Shown in pieces: positions 18,435-28,062 of a stretch of DNA of 64,000 bases (within the stretch, counting starts at the first letter, position 1; each line of letters begins with the position of its first letter). The position numbers and the translations under genes were made by a program. This DNA is from Minisyncoccia bacterium (GTDB taxonomy: Bacteria > Patescibacteriota > Minisyncoccia > Phycocordibacterales > UBA9973). The notes under the pieces were generated by a model. It was not told the DNA's origin and searched no databases. It was given only the letters and a program-made list of their open reading frames with translations. Location of the stretch: positions 2,220 to 66,219 of the forward strand of contig JBBSBF010000002.1 of the NCBI GenBank assembly GCA_038251535.1, in the 5' to 3' direction.

Positions 18435-18836
18435 ATGTACAAAAAACTCATCAAATGGGCAGGAGTCACCGTCATACTGATGTTTATATTGCATACTTTG
18501 GCAAATACGTTTTATTGGTATACGAGTATATTTGGTTTTGATAAAGTCATGCATACGCTTGGCGGCATATTTCTCGCGTTGCTTGCCGGGGCGTTGTTGA
18601 ACGCTAAAAGAATGCCCGACCATACGAGACATCTATTTGTCACCTTGCTTCTCTTTGTATTTATCGTCGGTCTCGCGTGGGAATATTATGAATATCTCGT
18701 GCAATACATATTCAAAAGTATTCATCTTGCTGATGTTCCTGATTCTATCGGAGACCTTATCTTTGATATGGTGGGGGGAATCATCGGCTCTTATTTTGTT
18801 ATTCTGATAAAGAGACGGTACAATAAGGACTTATGA
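18435..18836 (+). CDS. small integral membrane protein, possibly VanZ-like
   Basis: Four predicted TM helices and a DKVMHTLGG motif resembling the VanZ DKxxH motif. Confidence 0.4.
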   Translation: MYKKLIKWAGVTVILMFILHTLANTFYWYTSIFGFDKVMHTLGGIFLALLAGALLNAKRMPDHTRHLFVTLLLFVFIVGLAWEYYEYLVQYIFKSIHLADVPDSIGDLIFDMVGGIIGSYFVILIKRRYNKDL

Positions 18837-20224
18837 ATGATCACGACAAAGCGCATGTACTGAAACTAACCTTTGCTGGTGGAACTGGCTCAGTGACCGG
18901 TGCAAACTTTCTGCTTGAAGCACCAGAGTCAGACGGTGGAAAAAAGTTTTTGATTGATTGCGGACTCAACCAAGGAACAAAAATGGCTGATGATAAAAAC
19001 TGGGATCCATTTATCTACGACCCTAGCACGATCGATATTCTTTTTATCACGCACGGACACATTGATCACATCGGTCGTATTCCTAAACTCATTCACGATG
19101 GATTTAAAGGTGAGATCTACTCCACCATCCCGACAAAGGCTATCACAGAACTTATGCTCGAAGATACTGCAAATATTCTCTCGCACTCGGACAACACGAC
19201 ATTGAAAGACATATACAGTCCTGCTATTTTACAAAAAGTATTTGAGAAGTGGCACACACTTGATTATCATCAGGATTTGGCAGTAGGACCATTTGTATTT
19301 CGTTATCGTGATGCTGGACATATCCTTGGGTCAGGTATGCTCGAAGTGATCTACAACAACAAAAAGATTGTGTTTACGGGAGATCTAGGCAACTCGCCAT
19401 CTCCGCTTTTGCGTGATACGGAGAGTCTTAAAAATGTCGACTATCTGTTGATGGAGAGTGTGTACGGAGATCGAAATCACATTGATCGCAATCTCCGTCG
19501 AGCAAAGCTCGAAGCAACGATCGAGGATAACTACAAAAAAAAGGGCACGCTCGTGATCCCTACCTTTTCGCTTGAGCGTTCGCAGGAGCTCCTGTTTGAG
19601 ATTGACCAGCTTGTCGAACATGATCGTGTGCCACACATGCCTATCTACTTTGATTCACCACTTGCAATCCGACTAACAAAAATCTATGGAACATTTTCCA
19701 AATACTTCAACGACTTTGCTCGCAAGTTAGTAGAAGGAGGGGAAGATATATTTAGTTTTCCAGGGCTTAAGTCAACGCTTTTGACCGAAGAGTCAAAAGA
19801 AATCCTTCACACCGTCAACCCAAAGATAGTCATTGCGGGCTCGGGGATGAGTAATGGCGGGCGAGTACTGCACCATGAGGCAAACTATCTACCCAATCCT
19901 TCCAACACATTACTTCTCACTGGATATCAGTCGCTCGGTACGATGGGCCGAACGATTCAAGACGGTGCGACAGAGGTTCATATCAATGGTCATGTCGTGC
20001 CAGTGCGTGCAAACGTCGTATTTATCGATGGGTATTCGGGACACAAAGATTCCAACCATCTCGTCGAGTTTGTCGAGTCAATCGCAGATAGTGTAAAAAA
20101 AGTATTTGTCGTGATGGGAGAACCAAAGAGTTCGTTATTTCTCACACAACGACTACGTGACTATCTCGGCGTCAACGCATACGCACCAGAAGAGGGAGAT
20201 GTGGTAGAATTGGATTGTAAGTAA
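18833..20224 (+). CDS. beta-CASP family MBL-fold ribonuclease (RNase J / CPSF-like)
   Basis: HxHxDH motif (ITHGHIDHIGR), the remaining beta-lactamase motifs, and a C-terminal RMMBL-like motif (DGYSGHKDSNHLVEFVE). Confidence 0.75.
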   Translation: MNDHDKAHVLKLTFAGGTGSVTGANFLLEAPESDGGKKFLIDCGLNQGTKMADDKNWDPFIYDPSTIDILFITHGHIDHIGRIPKLIHDGFKGEIYSTIPTKAITELMLEDTANILSHSDNTTLKDIYSPAILQKVFEKWHTLDYHQDLAVGPFVFRYRDAGHILGSGMLEVIYNNKKIVFTGDLGNSPSPLLRDTESLKNVDYLLMESVYGDRNHIDRNLRRAKLEATIEDNYKKKGTLVIPTFSLERSQELLFEIDQLVEHDRVPHMPIYFDSPLAIRLTKIYGTFSKYFNDFARKLVEGGEDIFSFPGLKSTLLTEESKEILHTVNPKIVIAGSGMSNGGRVLHHEANYLPNPSNTLLLTGYQSLGTMGRTIQDGATEVHINGHVVPVRANVVFIDGYSGHKDSNHLVEFVESIADSVKKVFVVMGEPKSSLFLTQRLRDYLGVNAYAPEEGDVVELDCK

Positions 20225-20244
20225 TCTATATGTAATCAATACCC

Positions 20245-20886
20245 ATGCCTGATACAGAAAAAAATCAATACATATGTTATAACGGTCCGATTGAAAATGA
20301 TGCAAAGCACGGTCACATCAAACTGAAAATTGGAGTTTCGGGTGCGGCTGAGACTGGTCACTGTGGTTTACACGCATTGGAAAAAGCAAAAGACCTGGGT
20401 CGAGAAATCGTCAAACAGGGAGGAATACTGATCACTGGTGCAACAACAGGGTTTCCGCTCTGGGCATGTATGGGTGCAAAAGAAGAACGGGGTATATCGA
20501 TCGGACTTTCTCCTGCCGCAAGCGAGCGAGAACATATAGAGAACTATCGATTGCCCGTTGATTATATGGATCTGATTATCTATACCGGATTTGGGTTCCC
20601 TGGTCGCGACCTCCTCTTTACTCGTAGCTGTGACGCGATCCTGATCGGATGTGGACGTATCGGTACGATCCATGAGTTCACCATAGCGTTTGAAGACGGC
20701 AAACCTATCGGAGTGCTTGAGGGGCCATGGACGATGGCAGAACAGATCAAGGACATGATCGCAAAAGGTAATCGTTCAGCAGAAAAAGTCATATTTGATA
20801 CTGATCCAAAGCGACTGATTGAACGAGTGATTCAGATGGTAGAAGGCGATCGATCTGAACTCGATAAATCAGCGCCTCATTTATAA
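20245..20886 (+). CDS. LOG / TIGR00725-family Rossmann-fold nucleotide-binding protein
   Basis: GVSGAA...GGILITGATTG...GCGRIGTIHE pattern. Confidence 0.55.
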   Translation: MPDTEKNQYICYNGPIENDAKHGHIKLKIGVSGAAETGHCGLHALEKAKDLGREIVKQGGILITGATTGFPLWACMGAKEERGISIGLSPAASEREHIENYRLPVDYMDLIIYTGFGFPGRDLLFTRSCDAILIGCGRIGTIHEFTIAFEDGKPIGVLEGPWTMAEQIKDMIAKGNRSAEKVIFDTDPKRLIERVIQMVEGDRSELDKSAPHL

Positions 20887-20890
20887 CAAC

Positions 20891-23341
20891 ATGGACACTT
20901 CCACTTTTGCAGGCTTGACCACAGACCAAGTTGCACGAGAGCGCAAGACGAGTGGATCAAACGCCCTCGTTACTCGGCGCACGCAATCCGCAACAAAAAC
21001 ATTTTTGATGGAATTTAAAAATCCGCTCGTGATCGTGTTGTCCGGAGCAGCACTTATTGCACTCGTGACCGGTGCGACGGTGAGTGGAGTGCTTATTATT
21101 GCCATTGTCTTAGTGAGCTCGGTCTTGGACTTTGCTATTTCGTACAAGTCTCAAAAAGCAGCGCAGTTGCTTGCGTCTCGTGTTTCTCCCAAGGCCATGG
21201 TTGTCAGAGACGGTGTTTCCGTGATGATCAGTCACGCAGAGATTGTGCCAGGAGATATCGTTATGCTCTCTGCAGGAAGTGTGATCCCTGCAGATGGCAA
21301 AATCGTTGCTACCGAAACGTTGTTTATCAACGAGTCGGCGCTGACTGGAGAATCATTGCCCGTACAAAAAAATATCGATGATGAAGTATACATGGGTAGC
21401 GGCGTCGTCAGTGGTCAGGGTGTTTTGCAGGTTGTTGCGACGGGATACAAAACAAAATATGCTCACATCGCGGCGTTATTGACTGAAAAGGAACGACCGA
21501 GTGAGTTTGAACAGGGGATCCGGAAGTTTAGCCTGCTTTTAACTCGGGTGATCATTATATTGGTGATCTGTATATTTTTGATCAATGCATATCTCAAACA
21601 TGATCTTATTACTTCGCTGTTGTTTTCACTCGCGCTTGCAGTTGGGCTCACGCCAGACTTGTTGCCAGTTATTATTGCAGTCAATCTTTCCCGTGCATCG
21701 TTGCGCATGGCAAAAAAGGGAGTAATCGTAAAAAAACTTTCTGCGATCGAAAACTTTGGTTCGATGGATATATTGTGCACGGACAAAACAGGCACACTGA
21801 CTGAAGACAAGATCGTCTTGGTCAAATATATCGATGCAAACAACACTACCTCAGACGAAGTGTTGCTCTCGGCGTATGTTTCAAGTGTTTTCAAAGGAGC
21901 CGCAAAGACACCGCTCGATGAGGCGATCATATCGCGCGAAGCGTTTCCTATAGAAACGTATTCCAAAGTACACGAAATACCGTTTGATTTTGAACGAAAG
22001 CGAGACACGATGATCGTCGCACGGGAAGGTTTGAAACCACTCCTTATCAGTAAGGGCGCACCCGAAGCAGTGTTGGCGGTGTGTGAGAGTAGTGTTGATA
22101 GCGATACGAAGAGTATGCAGCTCTTTCATGATCTGTCTCAAGAAGGGTATCGCGTGATTGCGGTAGCGACTCGCACGTTTGATACGGAGCAAACAACGTA
22201 CACGGTCGATGACGAACATGATCTAACGTTTCTCGGGTTTATCGCCTTTATCGATCCTCCAAAGAAAAACATCAAACACATACTCGAAGAAATGAGTGCT
22301 CGTCATATTGAAGTCAAAGTTATTACGGGAGACCACCAACTAGTCGCTGAACATATCGCTCGAGAGGTAGGTCTTCCGTCCAAGGGCACGCTCGATGGAG
22401 TTGACATAGAGACAATGCAAGATGACGATCTCGCAATACAAGTAGAACAACATACTATTTTTTCTCGTGTTACTCCAGTCCAGAAAAACCGCATCATTCG
22501 TGCCCTCCAGTCTCAAAAGCACACGGTCGGGTATATGGGGGACGGGATCAACGACGCACCAGCGCTCCGTTCAGCAGATGTGGGTATATCAGTCGACAAC
22601 GCGCTCGATGTGGCCAAAGAAAGTGCAGACATCGTGCTGACGACCAACGACCTTGAGCATTTGATCCAGGGAGTGAAAGAGGGTCGCAAAACATTTGGAA
22701 ATACCCAGAAATACATCTCAATGGCAGTGTCATCAAACTTTGGTAATATGATCTCGATGACGGGGGCATCCTTGGTCTTGCCGTATCTCCCGATGCTTCC
22801 AGCACAGATATTGCTCAACAACCTCCTCTACGAGTCTGCACAGATTGCACTCATTGCAGATCACGTCGACGAGACCGTGCTTAACCGCCCGAGTCCATGG
22901 AACATCGCGGCGCTCAAGAAGTTTATGATCGTGTTTGGACTACTCAGTTCGGCGTTTGATTTTGTGGTGTTTTTTGTACTGTATCACTTGTTTGGGCTCG
23001 GAGAGGCCGGATTTCAAACGGCGTGGTTTATACAGTCACTGTTCTCGCAGGTATTCGCAGTATTTTTCATTCGAACGACACACGCCGTATGGAAGACGAG
23101 GCGTCCACACCGACTCGTTATCAGTGCTGCATTTTTGACTACTGCCGTCGCGTGGTGGATCGCATTATCACAGTTTGGTCACTACTTTGGATTTACTCCG
23201 ATACCGGCGTTTGTCATTGCGACTGTTGTTGGTATATCGATCGCGTATTTTGTTTCCATAGAAGTGGTGAAGGTTTTCTATTTTCATCAGACGAGACCAC
23301 ACAAACACATAAAGAAAGGTTGGGTGGAAACGGCAAGATAA
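20891..23341 (+). CDS. cation-transporting P-type ATPase (MgtA-like, Mg2+ type by overall architecture)
   Basis: Phosphorylation motif DKTGTLT, TGDHQLVA, hinge MGDGINDAPAL, and 10 predicted TM helices. Confidence 0.88.
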   Translation: MDTSTFAGLTTDQVARERKTSGSNALVTRRTQSATKTFLMEFKNPLVIVLSGAALIALVTGATVSGVLIIAIVLVSSVLDFAISYKSQKAAQLLASRVSPKAMVVRDGVSVMISHAEIVPGDIVMLSAGSVIPADGKIVATETLFINESALTGESLPVQKNIDDEVYMGSGVVSGQGVLQVVATGYKTKYAHIAALLTEKERPSEFEQGIRKFSLLLTRVIIILVICIFLINAYLKHDLITSLLFSLALAVGLTPDLLPVIIAVNLSRASLRMAKKGVIVKKLSAIENFGSMDILCTDKTGTLTEDKIVLVKYIDANNTTSDEVLLSAYVSSVFKGAAKTPLDEAIISREAFPIETYSKVHEIPFDFERKRDTMIVAREGLKPLLISKGAPEAVLAVCESSVDSDTKSMQLFHDLSQEGYRVIAVATRTFDTEQTTYTVDDEHDLTFLGFIAFIDPPKKNIKHILEEMSARHIEVKVITGDHQLVAEHIAREVGLPSKGTLDGVDIETMQDDDLAIQVEQHTIFSRVTPVQKNRIIRALQSQKHTVGYMGDGINDAPALRSADVGISVDNALDVAKESADIVLTTNDLEHLIQGVKEGRKTFGNTQKYISMAVSSNFGNMISMTGASLVLPYLPMLPAQILLNNLLYESAQIALIADHVDETVLNRPSPWNIAALKKFMIVFGLLSSAFDFVVFFVLYHLFGLGEAGFQTAWFIQSLFSQVFAVFFIRTTHAVWKTRRPHRLVISAAFLTTAVAWWIALSQFGHYFGFTPIPAFVIATVVGISIAYFVSIEVVKVFYFHQTRPHKHIKKGWVETAR

Positions 23342-23369
23342 ATATGATAGGATATATGCATCAGCATTG

Positions 23370-23556
23370 AAGGAGCCCTGCCTGAGGCAGACGGGAATCA
23401 CTCCTTTGTCCCGCAAAGCATTGGCGAAGTGGGATGAGCTTTGGGGAGAAAGTAAGTAAATCCCAACGGGTATGCCCGTCATAGCAGTCAATAAGAATCC
23501 CACGTCGCCTACAAGCTATGCGGGACAAGAACTAAGGTGGTACCGCGAATTTTTTT
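23370..23556 (+). ncRNA. candidate structured small RNA between convergent genes
   Basis: Nested long-range stems are visible: gtcccgca at 23408 with tgcgggac at 23519, and ggcgaagtgggat at 23423 with atcccacgtcgcc at 23497. A small hairpin sits at 23378-23390 and a T-run follows at 23549-23556. The region has no ORF. Confidence 0.3.
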
Positions 23557-23567
23557 GGAAATAAAAA

Positions 23568-23618
23568 AACCTCGCCCTTGGAAATAATCTGTAAAAGATT
23601 GTTTTCGTGGGTGAGGTT
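23568..23618. terminator. terminator-like hairpin between convergent genes
   Basis: cctcgccc ... gggtgagg closing stem around an inner aatct/agatt stem, with an A-run upstream and a T-rich stretch downstream. Confidence 0.4.
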
Positions 23619-23622
23619 TTGT

Positions 23623-23877
23623 TTAATAGCAATCGCAATAAGGTTTTTGTTTGCCACAGTCAGCACATTTATTAGCTTCTTCTCTTCTGTATTCTCTTTC
23701 TTTTGCTTCTTCGTTTAGAACCCATTCTTGTGAATGTTCATCCCATTCCATACCTTCATAAAATCCCCCTTTTGCATTGCTTGTAAAGTATTCATTGTTT
23801 GTCATTAATCCTTTGCTTTTATGATGATCATCATAGAAGGTGTCATTTGGATTATGGCCGGGATACTTTTTACTCAT
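23623..23877 (-). CDS. small hypothetical protein with a C-terminal Cys cluster (CADCGKQKPYCDCY)
   Basis: 84-aa ORF with a proper terminator downstream. I recognise no family. Confidence 0.4.
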   Translation of the reverse strand: MSKKYPGHNPNDTFYDDHHKSKGLMTNNEYFTSNAKGGFYEGMEWDEHSQEWVLNEEAKEREYRREEANKCADCGKQKPYCDCY

Positions 23878-23919
23878 AACATTGTATATTTAAATTGAAT
23901 CTAATCTTTTATTCACTGT

Positions 23920-26900
23920 ATGTCAATCATCACCCCACAAAATCAAAACCAAAAATCTAACCAAGCACTTCGCCCTGCCGACGCGAAGTCCGCTATGGCG
24001 GGCAGGGAAGAAGCAGTTTTGGCATTCTGGAAAGAAAACGACATTTTCAAAAAGTCGCTTGAGAAAGATGCGCCAAACGGAGAATTTGTTTTTTACGAAG
24101 GTCCTCCAACGGCGAACGCAAAGCCGGCGCTTCACCACCTCGAAGCACGAGCATTTAAGGATGTCTTGCCTCGGTATAAAACGATGCAGGGCTTTCATGT
24201 GCGTCGTCGTGCGGGATGGGATACACACGGACTTCCTGTCGAACTCCAGATCGAAAAGAAACTCGGCTTCACGCACAAAAAACAAATCGAAGAATATGGT
24301 ATCGCAGCATTTAACAAAGAATGCAAAGATAGTGTGTTTACTTTTATTAAAGATTGGGAAGATTTCACCGAACGAATGGGGTACTGGGTAGATAAAAATG
24401 ATGCATACTATACGTTTGATCCATCCTACATGGAGAGTCTCTGGAATATTTTTGCAAAAGTTGATCGAGATGGATTGCTCTACAAAGACTACAAAGTCGT
24501 GCCGTGGTGTCCGCGATGTGGGACGACGCTCGCATCTCACGAACTTGCACAGGGATATCAAGATGATAAAGATTTGAGTGTTATTGCAAAATTCACGCTT
24601 ACTACTCACAGTATTGGATTGCTTCGGTCCTCGGGTCGCGTCGATGGGGCCGCTCAACCAGACACTCACCAATCCAACACTGCTCGTATGTCGCTCCTCG
24701 CATGGACGACAACACCATGGACACTGCCTGGGAATGTGGGATTGGCTGTTGGAAAGGATGTTGAATATATACTCATTCATCAAAATAATGAATTTTTGGT
24801 TCTTGCAAAGAATCGCTTGGAAATAATGAATGGAGGATATGAAATTATTTCCGAATTAAAGGGTTCTGATCTTGTTGGTCTTGAATACGAACCACTATAT
24901 CCCTATCTCGGCGAACTCATCAAAGGTCATCACCAAGAAAAGAATATGCAGAACGCATACAAAGTATATGCTGCGGATTTTGTCACGACCACAGACGGTA
25001 CTGGTATTGTGCACACTGCAGTGATGTATGGAGCCGAGGACTTTGAGCTCGGCACACAGGTGGGACTTCCCAAATTTCATACCGTAGACGCAGAAGGAAA
25101 GTTTGTACAAGGAACTGGATTCCTCGAAGGTCGCTTTGTCAAAGACGAGGAAGTAGCGATCGATATCATCAAAGATCTTGCACATCGCGGACTCTTGTTC
25201 AAAAAAGAAAAGTACGAACACTCATATCCGCATTGTTGGCGCTGCAAGACTCCGCTCATCTACTACGCGCGTGATAGCTGGTATATCGGTATGTCGCAGC
25301 TTCGCGATAAGCTAATGGCTGAAAATGAGCAGATCAACTGGGAACCGTTCCATATCAAGGAAGGACGATTTGGTGAGTGGTTACGCGAAGTGAAAGACTG
25401 GGCGATTTCTCGGGAGCGATATTGGGGGACACCGCTACCGATCTGGCACAACGAACACGATGGAGTACATGATCGCATCGTGGTTGACTCGATCGAGACA
25501 CTTAAAAAATATACAAAGAAATCAGGCAATGAATACTTCGTCATGCGGCATGGACAGTCAGAAGGAAATATTCGGTTAGTAGTCAGCTCACAGGTTACCA
25601 ACAAGGATCCGCTCACCGAGGAGGGTAGAAAACAGGTGTATGCTGCATCGGAACAACTTTCAAATATCGATATGATTGTTGCATCTCCATTTATGCGTAC
25701 CACTGAAACAGCGAAAATCATGGCGGAAAAATACGGTATCGACCCAGAAACAATCGTGTACGACGAACGGCTCGGCGAGATCAATGCAGGTGAGCTCGAA
25801 GGAAAAGAATGGAAGCTCTACCACGAATTTCTCTACGAACACGATCGAGATGAGTGGTATGAGCGTGCGATACCACAAGGAGAATCACTTGCCGATGTTG
25901 CGAGACGTGTTGGAGCTGTACTGTATGATATCGAAAAAACATATAGTAAAAAAAAGATTTTGATCGTAACACATGGCGGCCCAGCGTGGTTATTATATGT
26001 AGTTGCAGGTCAGTACCAACCAAACGGTAAAAACTACACCGTAGTTGATAATCATATTGTTGGAAAAGATTTTAAGTATTTTGATAATGCAGAGATACGA
26101 CCATTGCCGTTTGTGCCATTGCCGCATAATGAAAATTTTGAGCTCGATCTCCATCGTCCGTACATTGATGAGGTAGTACTTGAAAAGGATGGACATGATT
26201 TTCATCGAGTGAAAGAAGTGATGGATGTGTGGTTTGATAGTGGCTCGATGCCGTTTGCTCAGGATCATTATCCCTTTAGTAACAAAGAGCTTTTGTATCC
26301 CGCAGATTTTATTTCAGAAGCGATCGATCAGACGCGTGGATGGTTTTATACCCTCCATGCAGTAGGGACACTCATGGGTAGAGGCCGCGCGTTTAACAAC
26401 GTCATCTGTCTTGGTCACCTTCTCGACAAGGAAGGCAAAAAGATGTCCAAATCGATCGGCAACATAGTTGAACCATTTGCTCAAATAGAAAAGTTTGGCG
26501 TCGATAGCGTGCGTCTCTGGATGTACTCAGTCAACCAACCTGGAGAGAGTAAAAACTATGATGAAAAAACAGTGGGTGAATTACAGCGACAAGTCTTTGG
26601 ACTGCTCAATAACGTCATTGCATTTTATGAACTGTACCGAGATACGTCGATTGAACATATTGTGCCAACGGGAGAGCATGTCCTTGATGCATGGATAGCG
26701 ACGAGACTTGATCAACTTATCAGTTTTGTCACCGAAGAATTGAACCATTACCGTGTCATGCAACCAGTACGAGAAATGCGAGCCTTTATCGAAGACCTCT
26801 CGACATGGTACTTGCGAAGAAGTCGTGATCGAATAAAAGACGGCGATACTGTAGCGAAAGCGACCCTATATCGTGTACTCAAGACGCTCGCGCAAGTCAT

Positions 26901-27495
26901 GGCGCCGTTTGCTCCATTCGCTGCGGAAGATATCTGGCAAAAGCTCCGCCAGGAGGATGATGTCGAAAGTGTGCACTTAAGCGAGTGGCCAAAGGCAATG
27001 GAGATCAGTGACGAATTACTTACCACTATGCAAATAGTAAGAAATATTTGTACTGAAGGTAATGCACTCCGCAAAAAGCTGGGAATTGCAGTGAAGCAAC
27101 CACTTGGGAAGTTTGAAGTTGCAAATATAGACCTTCGAGGTCTCAATTTTAATCTATTGGATAAATATCTCGAACTAATAAAAGAAGAATTGAATGTGAA
27201 AAATGTTGTAGCTGGATCTAAAACAAGTCTCGATACGACTCTTACCTCTGAACTCAAAGCAGAAGGGAACTATCGCGAGCTCGTTCGTGCCGTGCAGGAT
27301 ATGCGCAAGGCAGCAGGACTTGAACCGAGTGATATGGTCAGTATAGGGTTGTCTTCAAACGCACTAGACTTACTAAATCCATTCATCGATGAATTTAAAA
27401 AGACTGTTCAAGCAAGCACTGTAACGTTTGTCGAAAACGATGGTACAGAAGTGAAGATCGATGAATTGAACATACATATTAGTATTGAGAAATAA
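23920..27495 (+). CDS. ileS: isoleucine--tRNA ligase (type 2-like) carrying an inserted histidine-phosphatase domain
   Basis: WTTTPWTLP editing-domain motif, KMSKSIGN, DLHRPYID and DVWFDSGSMPFAQ are present. A roughly 160-180-aa PGM-superfamily module with all its catalytic motifs sits at residues about 538-699. The HIGH position reads ALHH. Confidence 0.9.
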   Translation: MSIITPQNQNQKSNQALRPADAKSAMAGREEAVLAFWKENDIFKKSLEKDAPNGEFVFYEGPPTANAKPALHHLEARAFKDVLPRYKTMQGFHVRRRAGWDTHGLPVELQIEKKLGFTHKKQIEEYGIAAFNKECKDSVFTFIKDWEDFTERMGYWVDKNDAYYTFDPSYMESLWNIFAKVDRDGLLYKDYKVVPWCPRCGTTLASHELAQGYQDDKDLSVIAKFTLTTHSIGLLRSSGRVDGAAQPDTHQSNTARMSLLAWTTTPWTLPGNVGLAVGKDVEYILIHQNNEFLVLAKNRLEIMNGGYEIISELKGSDLVGLEYEPLYPYLGELIKGHHQEKNMQNAYKVYAADFVTTTDGTGIVHTAVMYGAEDFELGTQVGLPKFHTVDAEGKFVQGTGFLEGRFVKDEEVAIDIIKDLAHRGLLFKKEKYEHSYPHCWRCKTPLIYYARDSWYIGMSQLRDKLMAENEQINWEPFHIKEGRFGEWLREVKDWAISRERYWGTPLPIWHNEHDGVHDRIVVDSIETLKKYTKKSGNEYFVMRHGQSEGNIRLVVSSQVTNKDPLTEEGRKQVYAASEQLSNIDMIVASPFMRTTETAKIMAEKYGIDPETIVYDERLGEINAGELEGKEWKLYHEFLYEHDRDEWYERAIPQGESLADVARRVGAVLYDIEKTYSKKKILIVTHGGPAWLLYVVAGQYQPNGKNYTVVDNHIVGKDFKYFDNAEIRPLPFVPLPHNENFELDLHRPYIDEVVLEKDGHDFHRVKEVMDVWFDSGSMPFAQDHYPFSNKELLYPADFISEAIDQTRGWFYTLHAVGTLMGRGRAFNNVICLGHLLDKEGKKMSKSIGNIVEPFAQIEKFGVDSVRLWMYSVNQPGESKNYDEKTVGELQRQVFGLLNNVIAFYELYRDTSIEHIVPTGEHVLDAWIATRLDQLISFVTEELNHYRVMQPVREMRAFIEDLSTWYLRRSRDRIKDGDTVAKATLYRVLKTLAQVMAPFAPFAAEDIWQKLRQEDDVESVHLSEWPKAMEISDELLTTMQIVRNICTEGNALRKKLGIAVKQPLGKFEVANIDLRGLNFNLLDKYLELIKEELNVKNVVAGSKTSLDTTLTSELKAEGNYRELVRAVQDMRKAAGLEPSDMVSIGLSSNALDLLNPFIDEFKKTVQASTVTFVENDGTEVKIDELNIHISIEK
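25531..26016 (+). other. histidine phosphatase (phosphoglycerate-mutase superfamily) domain embedded in ileS
   Basis: RHG motif (FVMRHGQSEGN), RxxETA motif (RTTETAKI), acidic ELEGKEW, and the second His (ILIVTHGGPAW). Confidence 0.7.
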
Positions 27496-27498
27496 TCT

Positions 27499-28056
27499 AT
27501 GAAGAATGCCATCATCATTCACGGTATGCCGACAAAACAAGAGTACGATACAACACCGAACCAGTCACAACAACACTGGCTTCCATGGATTAAACAACAA
27601 CTCGAAGCACAAAAAATAATAACGACCGTTCCTGATATGCCGATGCCATATGCGCCGGTGTATGAAGAATGGAAAGATACTTTTGAGTGTATCCTTCTTT
27701 CTAAAGAAACGATATTGGTAGGACACAGTTGTGGTGGAGGATTTCTCGTGCGATGGCTTTCTGAACATGATGTGAAGGTTGGGCAACTTATCCTCGTTGC
27801 ACCATGGATAGATATTGAGAAAAAGCTTCCGAATGGATTTTTTGATTTTGAAATTGACACCAATCTTCTGATCAAGACAATGAACGGAATCTCCATGTTT
27901 TACTCGGCTGACGATGATGTTGATATTTTGCAAAGTGTTGAAAAACTCAAAACGATACAAGGGATTAAGATTCGAGAATTTTCAAACAAGGGTCATTTTG
28001 TGAAGGGAAGCGGTGTCTCAGAATTTCCAGAATTATTGGAAGGAATAAAATATTAA
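27499..28056 (+). CDS. alpha/beta-hydrolase, RBBP9/YdeN-like serine hydrolase
   Basis: About 185 aa with a nucleophile elbow (VGHSCGG) and a late Asp/His region. Confidence 0.55.
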   Translation: MKNAIIIHGMPTKQEYDTTPNQSQQHWLPWIKQQLEAQKIITTVPDMPMPYAPVYEEWKDTFECILLSKETILVGHSCGGGFLVRWLSEHDVKVGQLILVAPWIDIEKKLPNGFFDFEIDTNLLIKTMNGISMFYSADDDVDILQSVEKLKTIQGIKIREFSNKGHFVKGSGVSEFPELLEGIKY

Positions 28057-28062
28057 GCATTC

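Noticed and set aside
20891-23341. An M-box (Mg2+ riboswitch) ahead of the MgtA-like ATPase
   Set aside because: The gene starts 5 nt after the upstream CDS, so there is no room for a leader. The structured RNA at 23.4 kb is downstream of the gene, not upstream.
23923-24783. 286-aa minus-strand ORF inside ileS, along with many other antisense ORFs inside pheT, ftsK, the P-type ATPase, recA and others
   Set aside because: All are antisense to genes with clear family signatures, so they are frame shadows.
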